Shown here: positions 1 through 9,956 of the stretch, in pieces
How the letters are laid out: every line of letters starts with the position of its first letter
Numbering within the stretch: position 1 is the stretch's first letter
Virus record (IMG/VR): IMGVR_UViG_3300036798_000105
Location: 1-60,717 of that record
Reading direction: 5' to 3' (one strand)
Length of the DNA: 60,717 nucleotides
DNA from: a virus
Taxonomy: Duplodnaviria; Caudoviricetes
Notes under the pieces: generated by a model
The model's input: only the letters and a program-made list of their open reading frames with translations
Database searches by the model: none
What the model was told of the DNA's origin: nothing
Made by a program: the position numbers and the translations under genes

Positions 1-165
1 GGCGGCGTCCGGCACGGGCACCTGCGGCACCTGAAGTCCGGCAAGGTTGTCCGGGATGCTATACATCCTGTTAGCGCGGCCGAAGTCAAGAATGCCAAGC
101 ATGATGTGGCGGTCGAACAGCATCAGGCCATGCGCGAGACACATGCCAAGCGGTCTGGCGTCAAG
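1..165. repeat. Terminal overlap, copy 1 (circular assembly junction)
   Basis: Identical to 60553-60717 except C39 vs G60591, a synonymous Ser change. The ORF reads straight through the junction. Confidence 0.95.
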
Positions 166-744
166 CCCAAGGAGGGCGCCAAGAGGCCAACCGGAGCCAA
201 GCCACCTGCCAAGAAGGAAACGGCCAAGAAAGCCCCTGCCAAGCAGAAGGGCGGCGGTGGCGGAGCACGGAATGCTGCTGGGCTTGCTAGGGGCGCTGGC
301 GTTGGCGCTCGTGGTGCCGGAGGGCTAGCCAGGGGTATTGGCGGGGTTGCCCGGCTTGGGATGGCGGCACACGGCAGGAAAGCGGCAGCGGCCAAGAAGC
401 CAAAGAAGGCCAAGGCGAAAAAGGCTCCGGCCAAGAAGAAGACTGGCCTGACTGCTGCGCAGAAAGCTGCGCTAGCCAAGTCCAAGGCTGCTGCTCGCAA
501 CAAGGCACGGGCAGCGGCTGCTGCGAAGAGGGCAGCTGCGGCAAGGGCACGTCAGCAGGCAGCGGCGGCCCGCCGGGCAGCGGCGGCTGCGGCGGCGGCT
601 TCCCGGCGTGGCGCGGCAATGGCGGCTCGTACGAGGGCACCTATGGGCAAGGCACCGTCTAGGACCGCCACTGGTAGGGGCGCCAAGGTAACCCCGTCGG
701 CGGCCGTGATGGCGAATCTGGCGAGGTACGCAGCAAAACCGTAG
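1..744 (+). CDS. 3' part of a Lys/Ala/Arg-rich basic protein (full gene 60499-60552 + 1-744, 265 aa)
   Basis: In frame with the ATG at 60499. PAKK/KKA-rich composition. Lies between small and large terminase genes. Confidence 0.8.
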   Translation, partial: GGVRHGHLRHLKSGKVVRDAIHPVSAAEVKNAKHDVAVEQHQAMRETHAKRSGVKPKEGAKRPTGAKPPAKKETAKKAPAKQKGGGGGARNAAGLARGAGVGARGAGGLARGIGGVARLGMAAHGRKAAAAKKPKKAKAKKAPAKKKTGLTAAQKAALAKSKAAARNKARAAAAAKRAAAARARQQAAAARRAAAAAAAASRRGAAMAARTRAPMGKAPSRTATGRGAKVTPSAAVMANLARYAAKP

Positions 745-761
745 GGCAAAGGAGGAGACAA

Positions 762-857
762 ATGGACAAGACTCAGGGATGGATCCTGGTTGTTGAAGTG
801 GGCATTATTGCTCTCATTTTCATCATAGCGCTCTTCAGGGGCACTCGCCCGCTGTAA
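762..857 (+). CDS. 31-aa single-TM microprotein MDKTQGWILVVEVGIIALIFIIALFRGTRPL
   Basis: Strong SD AAAGGAGG just upstream of the ATG; hydrophobic core. Below the ORF-track cut-off. Confidence 0.7.
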   Translation: MDKTQGWILVVEVGIIALIFIIALFRGTRPL

Positions 858-890
858 TCCTGCGCTTATTATGACCAGATAGGTGGCGGC

Positions 891-2555
891 ATGGATGGGA
901 TTGCTCCGAGAGACAGGCTGGTAACGCTGCCTGAAGGGGTGCCTGAGCTCACCCTTGGCTGGGAGGCAATCCACTGGGCTACAAAGTACCTTCGACAGCC
1001 GGACGGCCCGGATGCTGGGCTGCGATGGGAGTTCATCGAATCACAGGTGCGGTTCCTGTTGTGGTGGTATTCCATTGACCCCTCGGGCCGGTGGCTTTTC
1101 TATCATGGAGTGCGTAGGTGGCCGAAAGGTGCTGGCAAAAGTCCATTCGCGGCCGTACTGGCCATGACGGAACTGCTAGCGCCTGTACGGCTCGCGCGGT
1201 TCGATGCGCAGTCGCCTGGTGGATGTGTGGGCAAGCCGGTATCGATGCCGCTAGTCCAAATTGGAGCCAGTTCTCACGATCAGGCCAATATCAACACGAT
1301 GCGAATGGTCCGGGCGCTGCTGCCAAAGAACTCTAGGTTGTTCCGCGACTATGATATTGATGCCGGCAAGACCATATTCTACATTCCGGGTGGCGGACAG
1401 CTTATGGTCATCACCTCCTCGCCAACAACCGAGGAGGGTGCGCTAGTTACGTTCGCGATCCTGGACCAGACTGAATCATTCACGCCGTCGAATGGCGGCG
1501 TAGACCTTGCTGAAGTGATGGACCGTAACGTCGCTAAGCAGGGCAACAGGATTATCGAGACATCGAACTCCTGGGAGCCGGGCAAGGAGACGGTTGCTGA
1601 GAATACGTTCGATGCCTGGGTTGCGCAGGAGGAGGGACGCCTCAAGGGAAAAGGTAAGATCCTGTATGATGCCAGGATGGCGCCTCCCGATGTTGACTGG
1701 GATGATATCACATCGATACGCAAGGCTGTTGAGTTCGCGTACGGGGATGCCTACTGGGCTGACATCGATGACATAGTCGAGAACCGCATTCTGTCGCCGC
1801 GTACCAAGCTTGACGTGTCGAAGCGGTACTATTTCAACTGGCCTGAGTCGGCCGAGGATGCCTGGACGACACAGCAGAAGTGGGCCATGATGGCAGATCC
1901 CGAGTTCCGCATAGAAGATGACGATGATATCGTCATGTTCTTTGATGGCTCGCGGGTGGAAGATGCTACTGCGCTTGTTGGCTGTCATGTCGAGACGGGA
2001 TTCATCTTCACCTTGGGAATCTGGGAGCCGCGCGGCTCGCGGCGAATCCCCATGGATGAGGTTCATGCTGCGGTACAGGCAGCGAAGGACCGCTGGAATG
2101 TATGTGCATTCTTTGCTGACGTCAAGGAGTGGGAAGAGTCCACTAAGATAACCTGGCGTGCGCTGTTCGAGGAGGAAGTTGATGTCTGGGCAGTCCCGAG
2201 TGGTAGAGACCCTCAACCGGTGGCTTGGGACATGCGCTCGCATGTTGGCGAATTCACGCAAGCTTGCGAAATGGTCCTCTCGGAAATCGACCAAAACGCA
2301 GCCACCGGAAACGGGTTCCGACACGACGGTGATTCCGCCCTAGGCCGGCATGTCATCAATGCCCGGCGTCGGCCGAACCGCTGGGGCATCTCGATAGGCA
2401 AGGAAAGTCCGAAATCGCCGAACAAGATTGACGCATGCGTGTGTATGATCGGAGCGCGGCATGCCCGGCGTCTTGTGCTCGCCAACAAGACTTACAAAGA
2501 ACGTAAGGCAACTGGCGGCAAGAAGGGGAGCGGTCGTGTCTGGTCATTTTCTTAG
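891..2555 (+). CDS. terL: Terminase large subunit
   Basis: Walker A PKGAGKS, C-terminal nuclease motifs FDGS...DATAL and KIDA, directly upstream of portal. Confidence 0.95.
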   Translation: MDGIAPRDRLVTLPEGVPELTLGWEAIHWATKYLRQPDGPDAGLRWEFIESQVRFLLWWYSIDPSGRWLFYHGVRRWPKGAGKSPFAAVLAMTELLAPVRLARFDAQSPGGCVGKPVSMPLVQIGASSHDQANINTMRMVRALLPKNSRLFRDYDIDAGKTIFYIPGGGQLMVITSSPTTEEGALVTFAILDQTESFTPSNGGVDLAEVMDRNVAKQGNRIIETSNSWEPGKETVAENTFDAWVAQEEGRLKGKGKILYDARMAPPDVDWDDITSIRKAVEFAYGDAYWADIDDIVENRILSPRTKLDVSKRYYFNWPESAEDAWTTQQKWAMMADPEFRIEDDDDIVMFFDGSRVEDATALVGCHVETGFIFTLGIWEPRGSRRIPMDEVHAAVQAAKDRWNVCAFFADVKEWEESTKITWRALFEEEVDVWAVPSGRDPQPVAWDMRSHVGEFTQACEMVLSEIDQNAATGNGFRHDGDSALGRHVINARRRPNRWGISIGKESPKSPNKIDACVCMIGARHARRLVLANKTYKERKATGGKKGSGRVWSFS

Positions 2556-2564
2556 GGGTGTGTC

Positions 2565-4148
2565 GTGATTATCGGGATGGACAAAGTTACCGAACTATCG
2601 ACCAAGGCGCTCCAGGCGCGGATGTCGGAGCAAACACGGCTGCGTAGGATTTCAAACTACGTTCGTGGCCGGCAAGATCCCCCGTACGTCCCGCGCGGTG
2701 TGAATGCCGAGTACCGGTGGATTGCCAAGAAGGCAAAGCGTAATTTCTTGCCGCTTGTAATCTCTGTCGTTTCAGAGAACCTTCATGTTGATGGTTATCG
2801 GCCATCAGGCACAACGTCGAATGAGCTAGCATCTCCGCAGAAGCCACAGCCTGAGTGGGATGCGTTCCGGGCTAACCGGATGGTGTCTAGGCAACATGGC
2901 GTACATCGGTCGGTCATCCAGTACGGCTCGGCGTACGTTGTCGTGCTTCCCGGCCGAATGGCTTCTGATGAGGAGCAGGGGCAGAATGTTCCGGTAATCC
3001 GGCCGGTATCGCCCCGGCGTATGACGGCGTTCTATGCCGATGAGGTGGATGACGAATGGCCTCAGTTCGCAATCGAGGTCAATATGATCAATATGCCGCA
3101 GGGCACCGCGAAGCTTGTCGTGTATGTCTATGACGAGCTGAACAGGTATATCCTCACTGGGAATGCGGTCGCAGACCCGACTCAGGCTGCGCTACACCTT
3201 GCTGACCCAGATGACATTCTCCTGAACGGGCAGCCGGTTATAGCATCGCATGGACTAGGAATGTGTCCGGTTGTGCGGTTCTTGTACGAGACAGACCTGG
3301 ACGGGGAAGTTGATTGTACCGGCGAGATCGAGCCGCTCATGCCGATTCAGGACCAAATCAACTTCGATACGTTCAACCTGATGATCTCCGAGCAGTTCGC
3401 CGCGTTCCGGCAGCGCTGGGTTACTGGAATGTCGCCTGTTGATGAGGAGGGACATGAAACAGCACCTTTCCGGCCAGGAGTGGACAGAGTGTGGGCGTCT
3501 GATGATGCGGCGACTCACTTTGGCGAGTTCGGGGAGACAGCTCTCCAGCCGTACTCGTCTGTTCGCGAGGATGGAATTCGACACATGTCCACAATCTCGC
3601 AGGTACCTCCATACCACCTACTGGGACAGGTGGCGAACATGTCAGCCGAAGCGCTAGCCGCTGCGCGAGATGGTCTTGACCGAAAGATTGAGGAGCTACA
3701 AGCCTCGATGACGGACCCGTGGCGCAATGTGTTCCGGCTCTCGTCGCTCGCTAGTGGGAGCAAGGATGGCTGGGCTGACCTGTTCGGCACGATAGTGTGG
3801 CGTGATACGTCAGCACGAGCATTCGGCGCGACGATCGACGGTCTCGGCAAGATCGCGCAGATGCTCGGCGTGCCTGCCGAAGAGTTGTGGGCACGGATTC
3901 CTGGTGCTACGGCGGATGATGTCGCTTCATGGCAGCTAGCGGCGCAACGCCAGCGGGCGCAGCAGATCGTTCAGCAGATGGCGGCGGTACAGTCCGGTAT
4001 CCCGCCAATACCGGCTCCAGGTGCTCCTCCAATACCCATGCCTATACCCGTGATGCCAGGTGTCCCAGCTGCCGCCCCGGCTGCCGCTCCGGCTCCGGCC
4101 GCTCCTGCTGCGTTGCCTCCTGCTCCGCCACCTGAGGGTGCGCCGTGA
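2565..4148 (+). CDS. Portal protein (SPP1 gp6-like) with Pro/Ala-rich C-terminal tail
   Basis: Size, synteny, motifs PVVRF...GEIEPL..QD.IN and AFRQRW typical of actinophage portals. Confidence 0.9.
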   Translation: MIIGMDKVTELSTKALQARMSEQTRLRRISNYVRGRQDPPYVPRGVNAEYRWIAKKAKRNFLPLVISVVSENLHVDGYRPSGTTSNELASPQKPQPEWDAFRANRMVSRQHGVHRSVIQYGSAYVVVLPGRMASDEEQGQNVPVIRPVSPRRMTAFYADEVDDEWPQFAIEVNMINMPQGTAKLVVYVYDELNRYILTGNAVADPTQAALHLADPDDILLNGQPVIASHGLGMCPVVRFLYETDLDGEVDCTGEIEPLMPIQDQINFDTFNLMISEQFAAFRQRWVTGMSPVDEEGHETAPFRPGVDRVWASDDAATHFGEFGETALQPYSSVREDGIRHMSTISQVPPYHLLGQVANMSAEALAAARDGLDRKIEELQASMTDPWRNVFRLSSLASGSKDGWADLFGTIVWRDTSARAFGATIDGLGKIAQMLGVPAEELWARIPGATADDVASWQLAAQRQRAQQIVQQMAAVQSGIPPIPAPGAPPIPMPIPVMPGVPAAAPAAAPAPAAPAALPPAPPPEGAP

Positions 4149-4963
4149 GCACGCCTGGACTCCCTGTACCTGCCGCGCAGTCTTCGGCATTCTTGTTCGG
4201 CAGGTACAGGGACCATCAATACGCTATTGGGCAGCGTGTTGAGGCTACGATATCGGGCTTGTGGGCGCAGATGATTGATCCTAGCCACTTCAATGATTCG
4301 TGGCGTAAGCTTGAGCCATTGATTAGTGGCATCGTGGATACGCATCACCAGATGTCAGCGGCTGATGCAGCGCAGTACCATGAATTGTCTCGCGCGGTAT
4401 CTGGCTTCTATGGACCTGTCGTGCCTGGCATTACACTTTCGGACGACTACCGGTCACACGTGATCAACGTAATGGGCGTTGGGCAGTTTTTCCACTTCCT
4501 GGGCATCGGGGTAGATTCTGCCGCAGCATCAGAGAAGGCACTGGATGCCCTGAAGGGTGCTGCTGTACGCCTGGTGATGAATGGCGGGCGCGATACTATT
4601 AGGGTGGCTACTTCGTTTGATGGCAATTCCATTGGGTGGGAACGAATCCTAGAGTCGGATCACAAGGCGTGTAATTACTGTGCCATGCTGACAGGTAGCG
4701 AAGGCATACAGAAAGGTTATGCTTCCCGATTCCATGCGCATGATAGTTGTTACTGTCTCGCACGGTCAGTCTTCAATGGGCAGCAGTCGGCCAACGCCGG
4801 TATTCAGGCCGAGTGGAAATCGGTGACTACCGGGAAACAAGGCAAAGCCGCAACTGCGGCCTGGAATCAGTACTGGAGTGGTAAGGATGTCGGATCTCAA
4901 GGAGCAAGCGCTACGGAACCTGCTCAAGAACAAGAAGGCAATGCCCCCGTCGCAGCAGAATGA
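4145..4963 (+). CDS. MuF-like minor head protein / putative capsid maturation protein
   Basis: Follows portal; W.R......ACxxC.ML and HxHDxCxC motifs. Confidence 0.75.
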   Translation: MSTPGLPVPAAQSSAFLFGRYRDHQYAIGQRVEATISGLWAQMIDPSHFNDSWRKLEPLISGIVDTHHQMSAADAAQYHELSRAVSGFYGPVVPGITLSDDYRSHVINVMGVGQFFHFLGIGVDSAAASEKALDALKGAAVRLVMNGGRDTIRVATSFDGNSIGWERILESDHKACNYCAMLTGSEGIQKGYASRFHAHDSCYCLARSVFNGQQSANAGIQAEWKSVTTGKQGKAATAAWNQYWSGKDVGSQGASATEPAQEQEGNAPVAAE

Positions 4964-5180
4964 AAGCGACTCGCCGCGATTCCCGATCACGTCGCGTACC
5001 GGGCCGTCGAATTCCCTGTCGGCGGCAATCAAGGCGGTAGGACGCGCGAAGCCGAACACGCCGGAGGAGCGGGCCAAGGTACGCAGGTACATCATGGGTG
5101 TCGCCAAGACCAAGGGGTGGTCCGACGACATCCCCAGTTCCTGGAAGCCGGACGGGACGCTGGCAACTGGGGGTTCATGA
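4887..5180 (+). CDS. Small head-region hypothetical protein
   Basis: ORF with FPI...AIKAVGRA...VRRYI...IPSSW pattern. Confidence 0.6.
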   Translation: MSDLKEQALRNLLKNKKAMPPSQQNESDSPRFPITSRTGPSNSLSAAIKAVGRAKPNTPEERAKVRRYIMGVAKTKGWSDDIPSSWKPDGTLATGGS

Positions 5181-5554
5181 TGTCGCTTGATGTCGGTGGT
5201 GCCAGTGTTGTCATCGAGACTGTCCCGAATGCCATGTTGGCGTTCTACTTCCCGCAGGGCAACGATATTGCCGTGACCGTGTACTATCCCGAGGTTGCCG
5301 ATGGCACCGGAGCATCCTCCAAGTTCTACTACAAGAAAAGTCGTGAGACGAGCGATACGGACCCGACCACAATAACATATACGGCTCCTATTGTGAACAA
5401 CCCGGACAGTACCGGGACATGTATGTCGGTGATTGACATCCCGGCTGCGGACAATGCTGTTTCCGGGTCATTCTGGTGGAGGATTGATGCTATCGATTCC
5501 ACGGGTGATGTAAGCACAGTCGGGTACGGAGCGCTTCTTGTTAAGGGTGTGTGA
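5177..5554 (+). CDS. Hypothetical beta-rich protein
   Basis: Start/stop overlaps with both neighbours. Confidence 0.55.
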   Translation: MMSLDVGGASVVIETVPNAMLAFYFPQGNDIAVTVYYPEVADGTGASSKFYYKKSRETSDTDPTTITYTAPIVNNPDSTGTCMSVIDIPAADNAVSGSFWWRIDAIDSTGDVSTVGYGALLVKGV

Positions 5555-5814
5555 TGGCACAGAAGGAAGAGCACACAAACATGCCGGCACAGTTGCTTAA
5601 GTACTGGACAACTGGCGCTGGCGCGGCTAAGCTACACTGGGGAGTTCCCGGTGACTTCGATGCGTGCGTGACAGAGTTGTCGAAGCATGTTTCGCCAGGC
5701 ATGGTCAAGGGGTTGTGCGCCAACATACACAGGCACGCAACAGGAGGCTGGCCCGGCCATGCGCCTGGCGTGGAAGAGGCCCTAACGAAAGCTCGCGAAA
5801 GCCGTTCGCGCTAG
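5554..5814 (+). CDS. Head-region hypothetical protein (YWT.G.GAAK..WG.PGDF..C motif)
   Basis: Coupled ORF. Motif recalled from actinophage head clusters. Confidence 0.65.
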   Translation: MAQKEEHTNMPAQLLKYWTTGAGAAKLHWGVPGDFDACVTELSKHVSPGMVKGLCANIHRHATGGWPGHAPGVEEALTKARESRSR

Positions 5815-5818
5815 GGGC

Positions 5819-5847
5819 TAGACTTCCCGGCCGGAAGGGTATATACT
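5819..5847 (+). promoter_or_regulatory. Predicted promoter TAGACT-N17-TATACT in a CA/TG-free island (5773-5867)
   Basis: Sigma70/SigA-like hexamers with 17-nt spacer, upstream of scaffold and capsid genes. Confidence 0.75.
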
Positions 5848-5880
5848 CCCGCGTAGAGACGTAAACCTGGAGGGCGTGAT

Positions 5881-6531
5881 ATGAGCGGAGCTGCTGGGGA
5901 CGCCGGAGCTGGGCCCGCAACGGGCACCGCCGGATCGGCACCCGACACGGGTGCGAACGGCACGGCTACGGAAGACCAGGATGCTGCTGGATTGCTAGGT
6001 GGCATGCTCGAAAACGGTCAAGGTCAAGACGATGACCTTACCGCGCAAGTTGAGCACTGGAAGCAGATGTCCCGCAAGAATGAGCAGCGGGCCAAGGCTA
6101 ACGCTAGTGCTGCGTCGAGGCTTCAGCAGATCGAAGACGCAAACAAGACCGAACTCCAGAAAGCGCTAGATGGTCAGGCTGCGGCCGAGCGTGAGCGTGA
6201 TGAAGCAAGATCCTCGCATGCTCGCGTTATGGCGGCCGCTTCAAACAACCTTCCTCCAGAACTCATTGATCACCTCGGAGCCGGAACGGAAGAGGAAATC
6301 AATGAGCGAGCAGAGCTATTCTCCCGGATCATAGATGAGACGGCCCAGGCGATAGCGGAACAGCTCGTGGCGGATGCTGGCATTGACCTGAACGGGGCAA
6401 CGCCGCAACCGCAGCAGCAGCAGCCACAACCGGGCGCACGTCCTGTTGAATCCATGAGGCCTGGATCGGCCCCATCTGGCGGAACGCCAACGAGCAACGA
6501 GCAATGGTTCCGTAACCTGCTCGGTCAGTAA
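5881..6531 (+). CDS. Capsid scaffolding protein
   Basis: WK..SRKNE.RAK.N and ANKTELQKA coiled-coil motifs, directly before the capsid gene. Confidence 0.85.
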   Translation: MSGAAGDAGAGPATGTAGSAPDTGANGTATEDQDAAGLLGGMLENGQGQDDDLTAQVEHWKQMSRKNEQRAKANASAASRLQQIEDANKTELQKALDGQAAAERERDEARSSHARVMAAASNNLPPELIDHLGAGTEEEINERAELFSRIIDETAQAIAEQLVADAGIDLNGATPQPQQQQPQPGARPVESMRPGSAPSGGTPTSNEQWFRNLLGQ

Positions 6532-6569
6532 TAGGCACTACGCTCCGCCGTGGTGCGGGAAGGCTTCAA

Positions 6570-7709
6570 ATGGCAGGCACCTACAATGAGGGGATCTTCC
6601 GGTCGTCCGGGACTCCCGACCCCCTCGTGCCGCAGCCCTTGGCTACGGCGATTATCCAGGAGGCTCCAAAAGCCTCAGCCGCTCTCACTCTCATGAACAA
6701 GACGGTCCTCTCGTCCAAGACTCAGCGGATGCCCGTGCTCGACGTGCTCCCGATGGCATACTGGGTCGGCGGGGACACCGGTCTCAAGCAGACTTCCCAG
6801 ATGGCGTGGCAAAACGTCATCATGGTCGTGGAGGAACTCGCTTGTATCGTTCCGATCCCGCTTGCGTACCTTGACGATGCGGATGTGCCGCTTTGGTCGC
6901 AGGTTCAGCCTCGCATCACGGAGGCTGTCGGCGCGCTGATCGACTCTGCGGTGTTGTGGGGGATCAACAAGCCCGCGACATGGGGCGAGGCAGTGTTCAC
7001 CGGGGCGGGCAAGTCGGGGCACTTCGCGATCGAGGGTGCCGGCCTTGACCTTGGCCAGGATGTCACCACTCTGGGCCAGATGATGGCGCAGACAGGCTAC
7101 ACGGTCAGCGGTTTCGCCGCGATGCCGGGCATCAGCTGGAAGCTAGCCGGAATCCGGTCGTCGCAGGGCATCCCCATCTTCCAGTCGGACATGTCTGACA
7201 CACCAGGGGGCAAGCTCTATGGGTACCAGATGTCCGAGATCAACAACGGCTCCTGGCAGAACCCAACTGCCGGCGCGCTCATGCTCGCCGGGGACTTCTC
7301 CAAGGCCATCATCGGCATTCGGCAGGACATCAACTTCAAGATGTTCACCGAGGGCGTCATCTCCGACGACACCGGCAAGGTCATCCTCAACCTCATGCAG
7401 CAGGACGCCGTTGCGATGCGTATGGTAATGCGCCTCGCCTACGCGACCGTCAACCCGGTCACTGTCATGCAGAAGAACCAGACGATCACCCAACGGTGGC
7501 CGTTCGGCGCGGTTCTGGGCGTTGGTACTGTTGCGCCCGCTAGCGGCCCGATCAACGTCATCCAGGCGTACCCAGGTGGCACGCGTACCACTACCGCTGT
7601 CGGTACGGCTGCGGAGGGCGATGAGGAGGAAGGCAGCACTCCCGCTGAGGAAGGCAGCACTCACACCAAGACCACTGGCCGCTCCACCAAGACGACGGCT
7701 AAGGACTAG
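6570..7709 (+). CDS. Major capsid protein (HK97 fold)
   Basis: AYWVG, EELACIVPIP, AGDFS and NLMQQDAVAMR motifs; strongly biased codon use. Confidence 0.92.
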   Translation: MAGTYNEGIFRSSGTPDPLVPQPLATAIIQEAPKASAALTLMNKTVLSSKTQRMPVLDVLPMAYWVGGDTGLKQTSQMAWQNVIMVVEELACIVPIPLAYLDDADVPLWSQVQPRITEAVGALIDSAVLWGINKPATWGEAVFTGAGKSGHFAIEGAGLDLGQDVTTLGQMMAQTGYTVSGFAAMPGISWKLAGIRSSQGIPIFQSDMSDTPGGKLYGYQMSEINNGSWQNPTAGALMLAGDFSKAIIGIRQDINFKMFTEGVISDDTGKVILNLMQQDAVAMRMVMRLAYATVNPVTVMQKNQTITQRWPFGAVLGVGTVAPASGPINVIQAYPGGTRTTTAVGTAAEGDEEEGSTPAEEGSTHTKTTGRSTKTTAKD

Positions 7710-7719
7710 CCGTTTTGTG

Positions 7720-7751
7720 CGCGGCTGTCGTCCCCTCCGTCGGCAGCCGCG
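7720..7751 (+). terminator. GC-rich hairpin after the capsid gene
   Basis: CGCGGCTGTCG-N10-CGGCAGCCGCG with no long U-tract. Confidence 0.5.
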
Positions 7752-7786
7752 TACTTGTAGATAACAACAGAAGACAAGGGAGAGTA

Positions 7787-8593
7787 ATGCGTAAACGTTA
7801 TGTCCTAGTTGAAGCGTGGGTGCCTGATTCACAGGGCGGCGGCGGAACTCCAACGCCACCCATCTACTACCCGCCTGTGTACCCGGTTCACCCGATCGCG
7901 CCCGGCGGGCCGCCTCCGTCAGTGTCACACCCGATCCCGCCGACCGTGTGGCCGAACCCGCCCGTTGGCGGCGGTGGCGAGCCTCCGGGATTCTGGGGTG
8001 GTGTCGCGCCGCCGTGGGTCGATGTCACTCCGCCGCAGCCGCAGCCAACCCCTCCGGGTATCTGGGGCGGTAGGCCGCCGGACTATGTCGACATCGGAGG
8101 GCCGGGGCCACAGCCGCCGCCCGGCAACGTCATGCCGCCGATCTACTACCCACCGGGCACCTGGGGCGGCAGGCCGCCGGAGTACATCGACATTGGCCCG
8201 CCGGGGCCGCAGCCGACACCTCCGGGAATTTGGGGTGGGCCGCCGAACTGGGTGGATGTCACGCCGCCGCAGCCGCAACCAGGACTGCCTACCCTGGACC
8301 CTGACAACCTTCCCGATCACCCGGAAGTCCCGGACCTGAACGTCGGCAATTGGGCGTTCGTTGAGGACCCTGATTCCGATACCGGCGCGATCACGCGTGG
8401 GTTCATTCCGTGGCCGCTCGCGGTTACGCATCCCGACTACGACCCGAACTATCCCGACAAGGGACTGCCCGGCAAGTGGGTGCTCGTTGCGGCACCCCCG
8501 ACCGCAGGGCCAGTCGGCTTGCTGACGTGGTGCTGGATTCCGTCGGTGGAAACCAGTGCGCCAACGCCACCGCCCGAGGTAACTCACCACTAG
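7787..8593 (+). CDS. Proline-rich repeat protein (PPG[IFT]WGG repeats)
   Basis: ATG after AAGGGAGAG; internal repeats visible in protein and DNA. Confidence 0.75.
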   Translation: MRKRYVLVEAWVPDSQGGGGTPTPPIYYPPVYPVHPIAPGGPPPSVSHPIPPTVWPNPPVGGGGEPPGFWGGVAPPWVDVTPPQPQPTPPGIWGGRPPDYVDIGGPGPQPPPGNVMPPIYYPPGTWGGRPPEYIDIGPPGPQPTPPGIWGGPPNWVDVTPPQPQPGLPTLDPDNLPDHPEVPDLNVGNWAFVEDPDSDTGAITRGFIPWPLAVTHPDYDPNYPDKGLPGKWVLVAAPPTAGPVGLLTWCWIPSVETSAPTPPPEVTHH

Positions 8594-8608
8594 CAGGAAG
8601 GATGTAAG

Positions 8609-9256
8609 ATGTCATCGCTGCCCAGCCTCGCAACGCCTGACGATATTGCGGCGAGGCTGGGCCGCAACCTGAACCAAAATGAGGCCGCGCGGGTAGATGG
8701 CCTGCTTGCGGACGGAAGCGCTATCCTGCGTAGGTTCTGCCGTAGAGACTTCCAGTTCTATGCCACGGACACCACGACACTAGTTGCTGACGGCGGTATC
8801 ATCGTCCTGACGGCGTGGAAGCCGATTGTCAGTATTGACTCGGTCATCGCGCTTGGCGGTACGCCCGGCATTATGGACATCCCGGTCACCTGGTATCACT
8901 TCGATGCTGTAGACAAGATCACGGTGTTCAATCCGGCCTACTCTGGGATTATCAACCTGCCGGAGATCTGGTACCAGGAGACGTTCTGGTGGGGCGGCAG
9001 CTTTAAGATAACTGGCTCGCACGGGTTCGCGGAAGTGCCTGATGATGTGTCGGCCGTCCTGTGCTCGGCGGTCACTTCCGAGCTAGCGACACCGACGATG
9101 TCGGCTACCCTGATGAGTGAGTCCGTCGGGGCCTACTCGTACTCGATGCGGCGTACGTCCGGCGCGGGATTGAATGCTGCGCTGCTGGACGCCGGTATGA
9201 AGACCGTTCTTGCCGATTACCGCAAGAGCCTTGGCACCATGAAGATTGCTTTGTGA
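8609..9256 (+). CDS. Head-to-tail adaptor
   Basis: LATPDDIAARLGR.L N-terminus, SESVGAYSYS C-terminus, synteny. Confidence 0.8.
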   Translation: MSSLPSLATPDDIAARLGRNLNQNEAARVDGLLADGSAILRRFCRRDFQFYATDTTTLVADGGIIVLTAWKPIVSIDSVIALGGTPGIMDIPVTWYHFDAVDKITVFNPAYSGIINLPEIWYQETFWWGGSFKITGSHGFAEVPDDVSAVLCSAVTSELATPTMSATLMSESVGAYSYSMRRTSGAGLNAALLDAGMKTVLADYRKSLGTMKIAL

Positions 9257-9268
9257 GGAGGTGTAGTC

Positions 9269-9622
9269 GTGTCGATGCCGTGGTTGCCGTACGCGGTCAC
9301 GATGACGCTGTTGAAGCGCTCCGTTTCGGGGACGGACGAGTATGGCAATGACACCTACACCGAGACTCCGCTTCAGATCCCACAGTGCGTGTTTCAGCCT
9401 GCGGGAAGCACCGAGAACCTCATCTTTGCTGATCAGGTATCGACTTCCGACACAATTTTCATGCCGGGCGGTACGGATGTCTCGGCTCTTGATGCTATTC
9501 AGTACAATGGCGACACGTACGAGGTCACCGGCGAGATCAGCGCCTGGACATCACCGTTCTCTGGTCGTGTATCCCCCATCCGCGTGAATGTATCGCTGAT
9601 AACGGGAGGGTCGCCATCATGA
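9269..9622 (+). CDS. Head-to-tail stopper
   Basis: DEYGND and YEVTGE..W.SPF motifs; synteny. Confidence 0.8.
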   Translation: MSMPWLPYAVTMTLLKRSVSGTDEYGNDTYTETPLQIPQCVFQPAGSTENLIFADQVSTSDTIFMPGGTDVSALDAIQYNGDTYEVTGEISAWTSPFSGRVSPIRVNVSLITGGSPS

Positions 9623-9951
9623 CTGATGTCAGGATTGATTCGAATAGTCGTGGAATCGGGCAGATGCTCAATTCAGAGGATATGCGTGTCGCTATGGAGG
9701 TATTCGCGAACGAAATCAAGTTGCGAGCGGAAATCATAGCGCCGGTTGATATGAAGAGTAAGCATCCTGGCCGGTATAAGGCTAGCTTCCATGTGAGGTC
9801 TCATCTTCACGGAGGCGCGACGAATGACCGCGCCGAGGCGGTTGTGTACAATGATGCGCCGGAGGCGTTCTACGTAGAGTTCGCTCACTGGGGCCGGGAG
9901 CCTGAGCATATACTTGTCCGCGCGGCATTTATCCCGCTGAAGGGGGCGTAG
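9619..9951 (+). CDS. Neck protein (HK97 gp10-like)
   Basis: APV...GRYKASF and A.YVEF motifs; synteny. Confidence 0.7.
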   Translation: MTDVRIDSNSRGIGQMLNSEDMRVAMEVFANEIKLRAEIIAPVDMKSKHPGRYKASFHVRSHLHGGATNDRAEAVVYNDAPEAFYVEFAHWGREPEHILVRAAFIPLKGA

Positions 9952-9956
9952 GGCTG

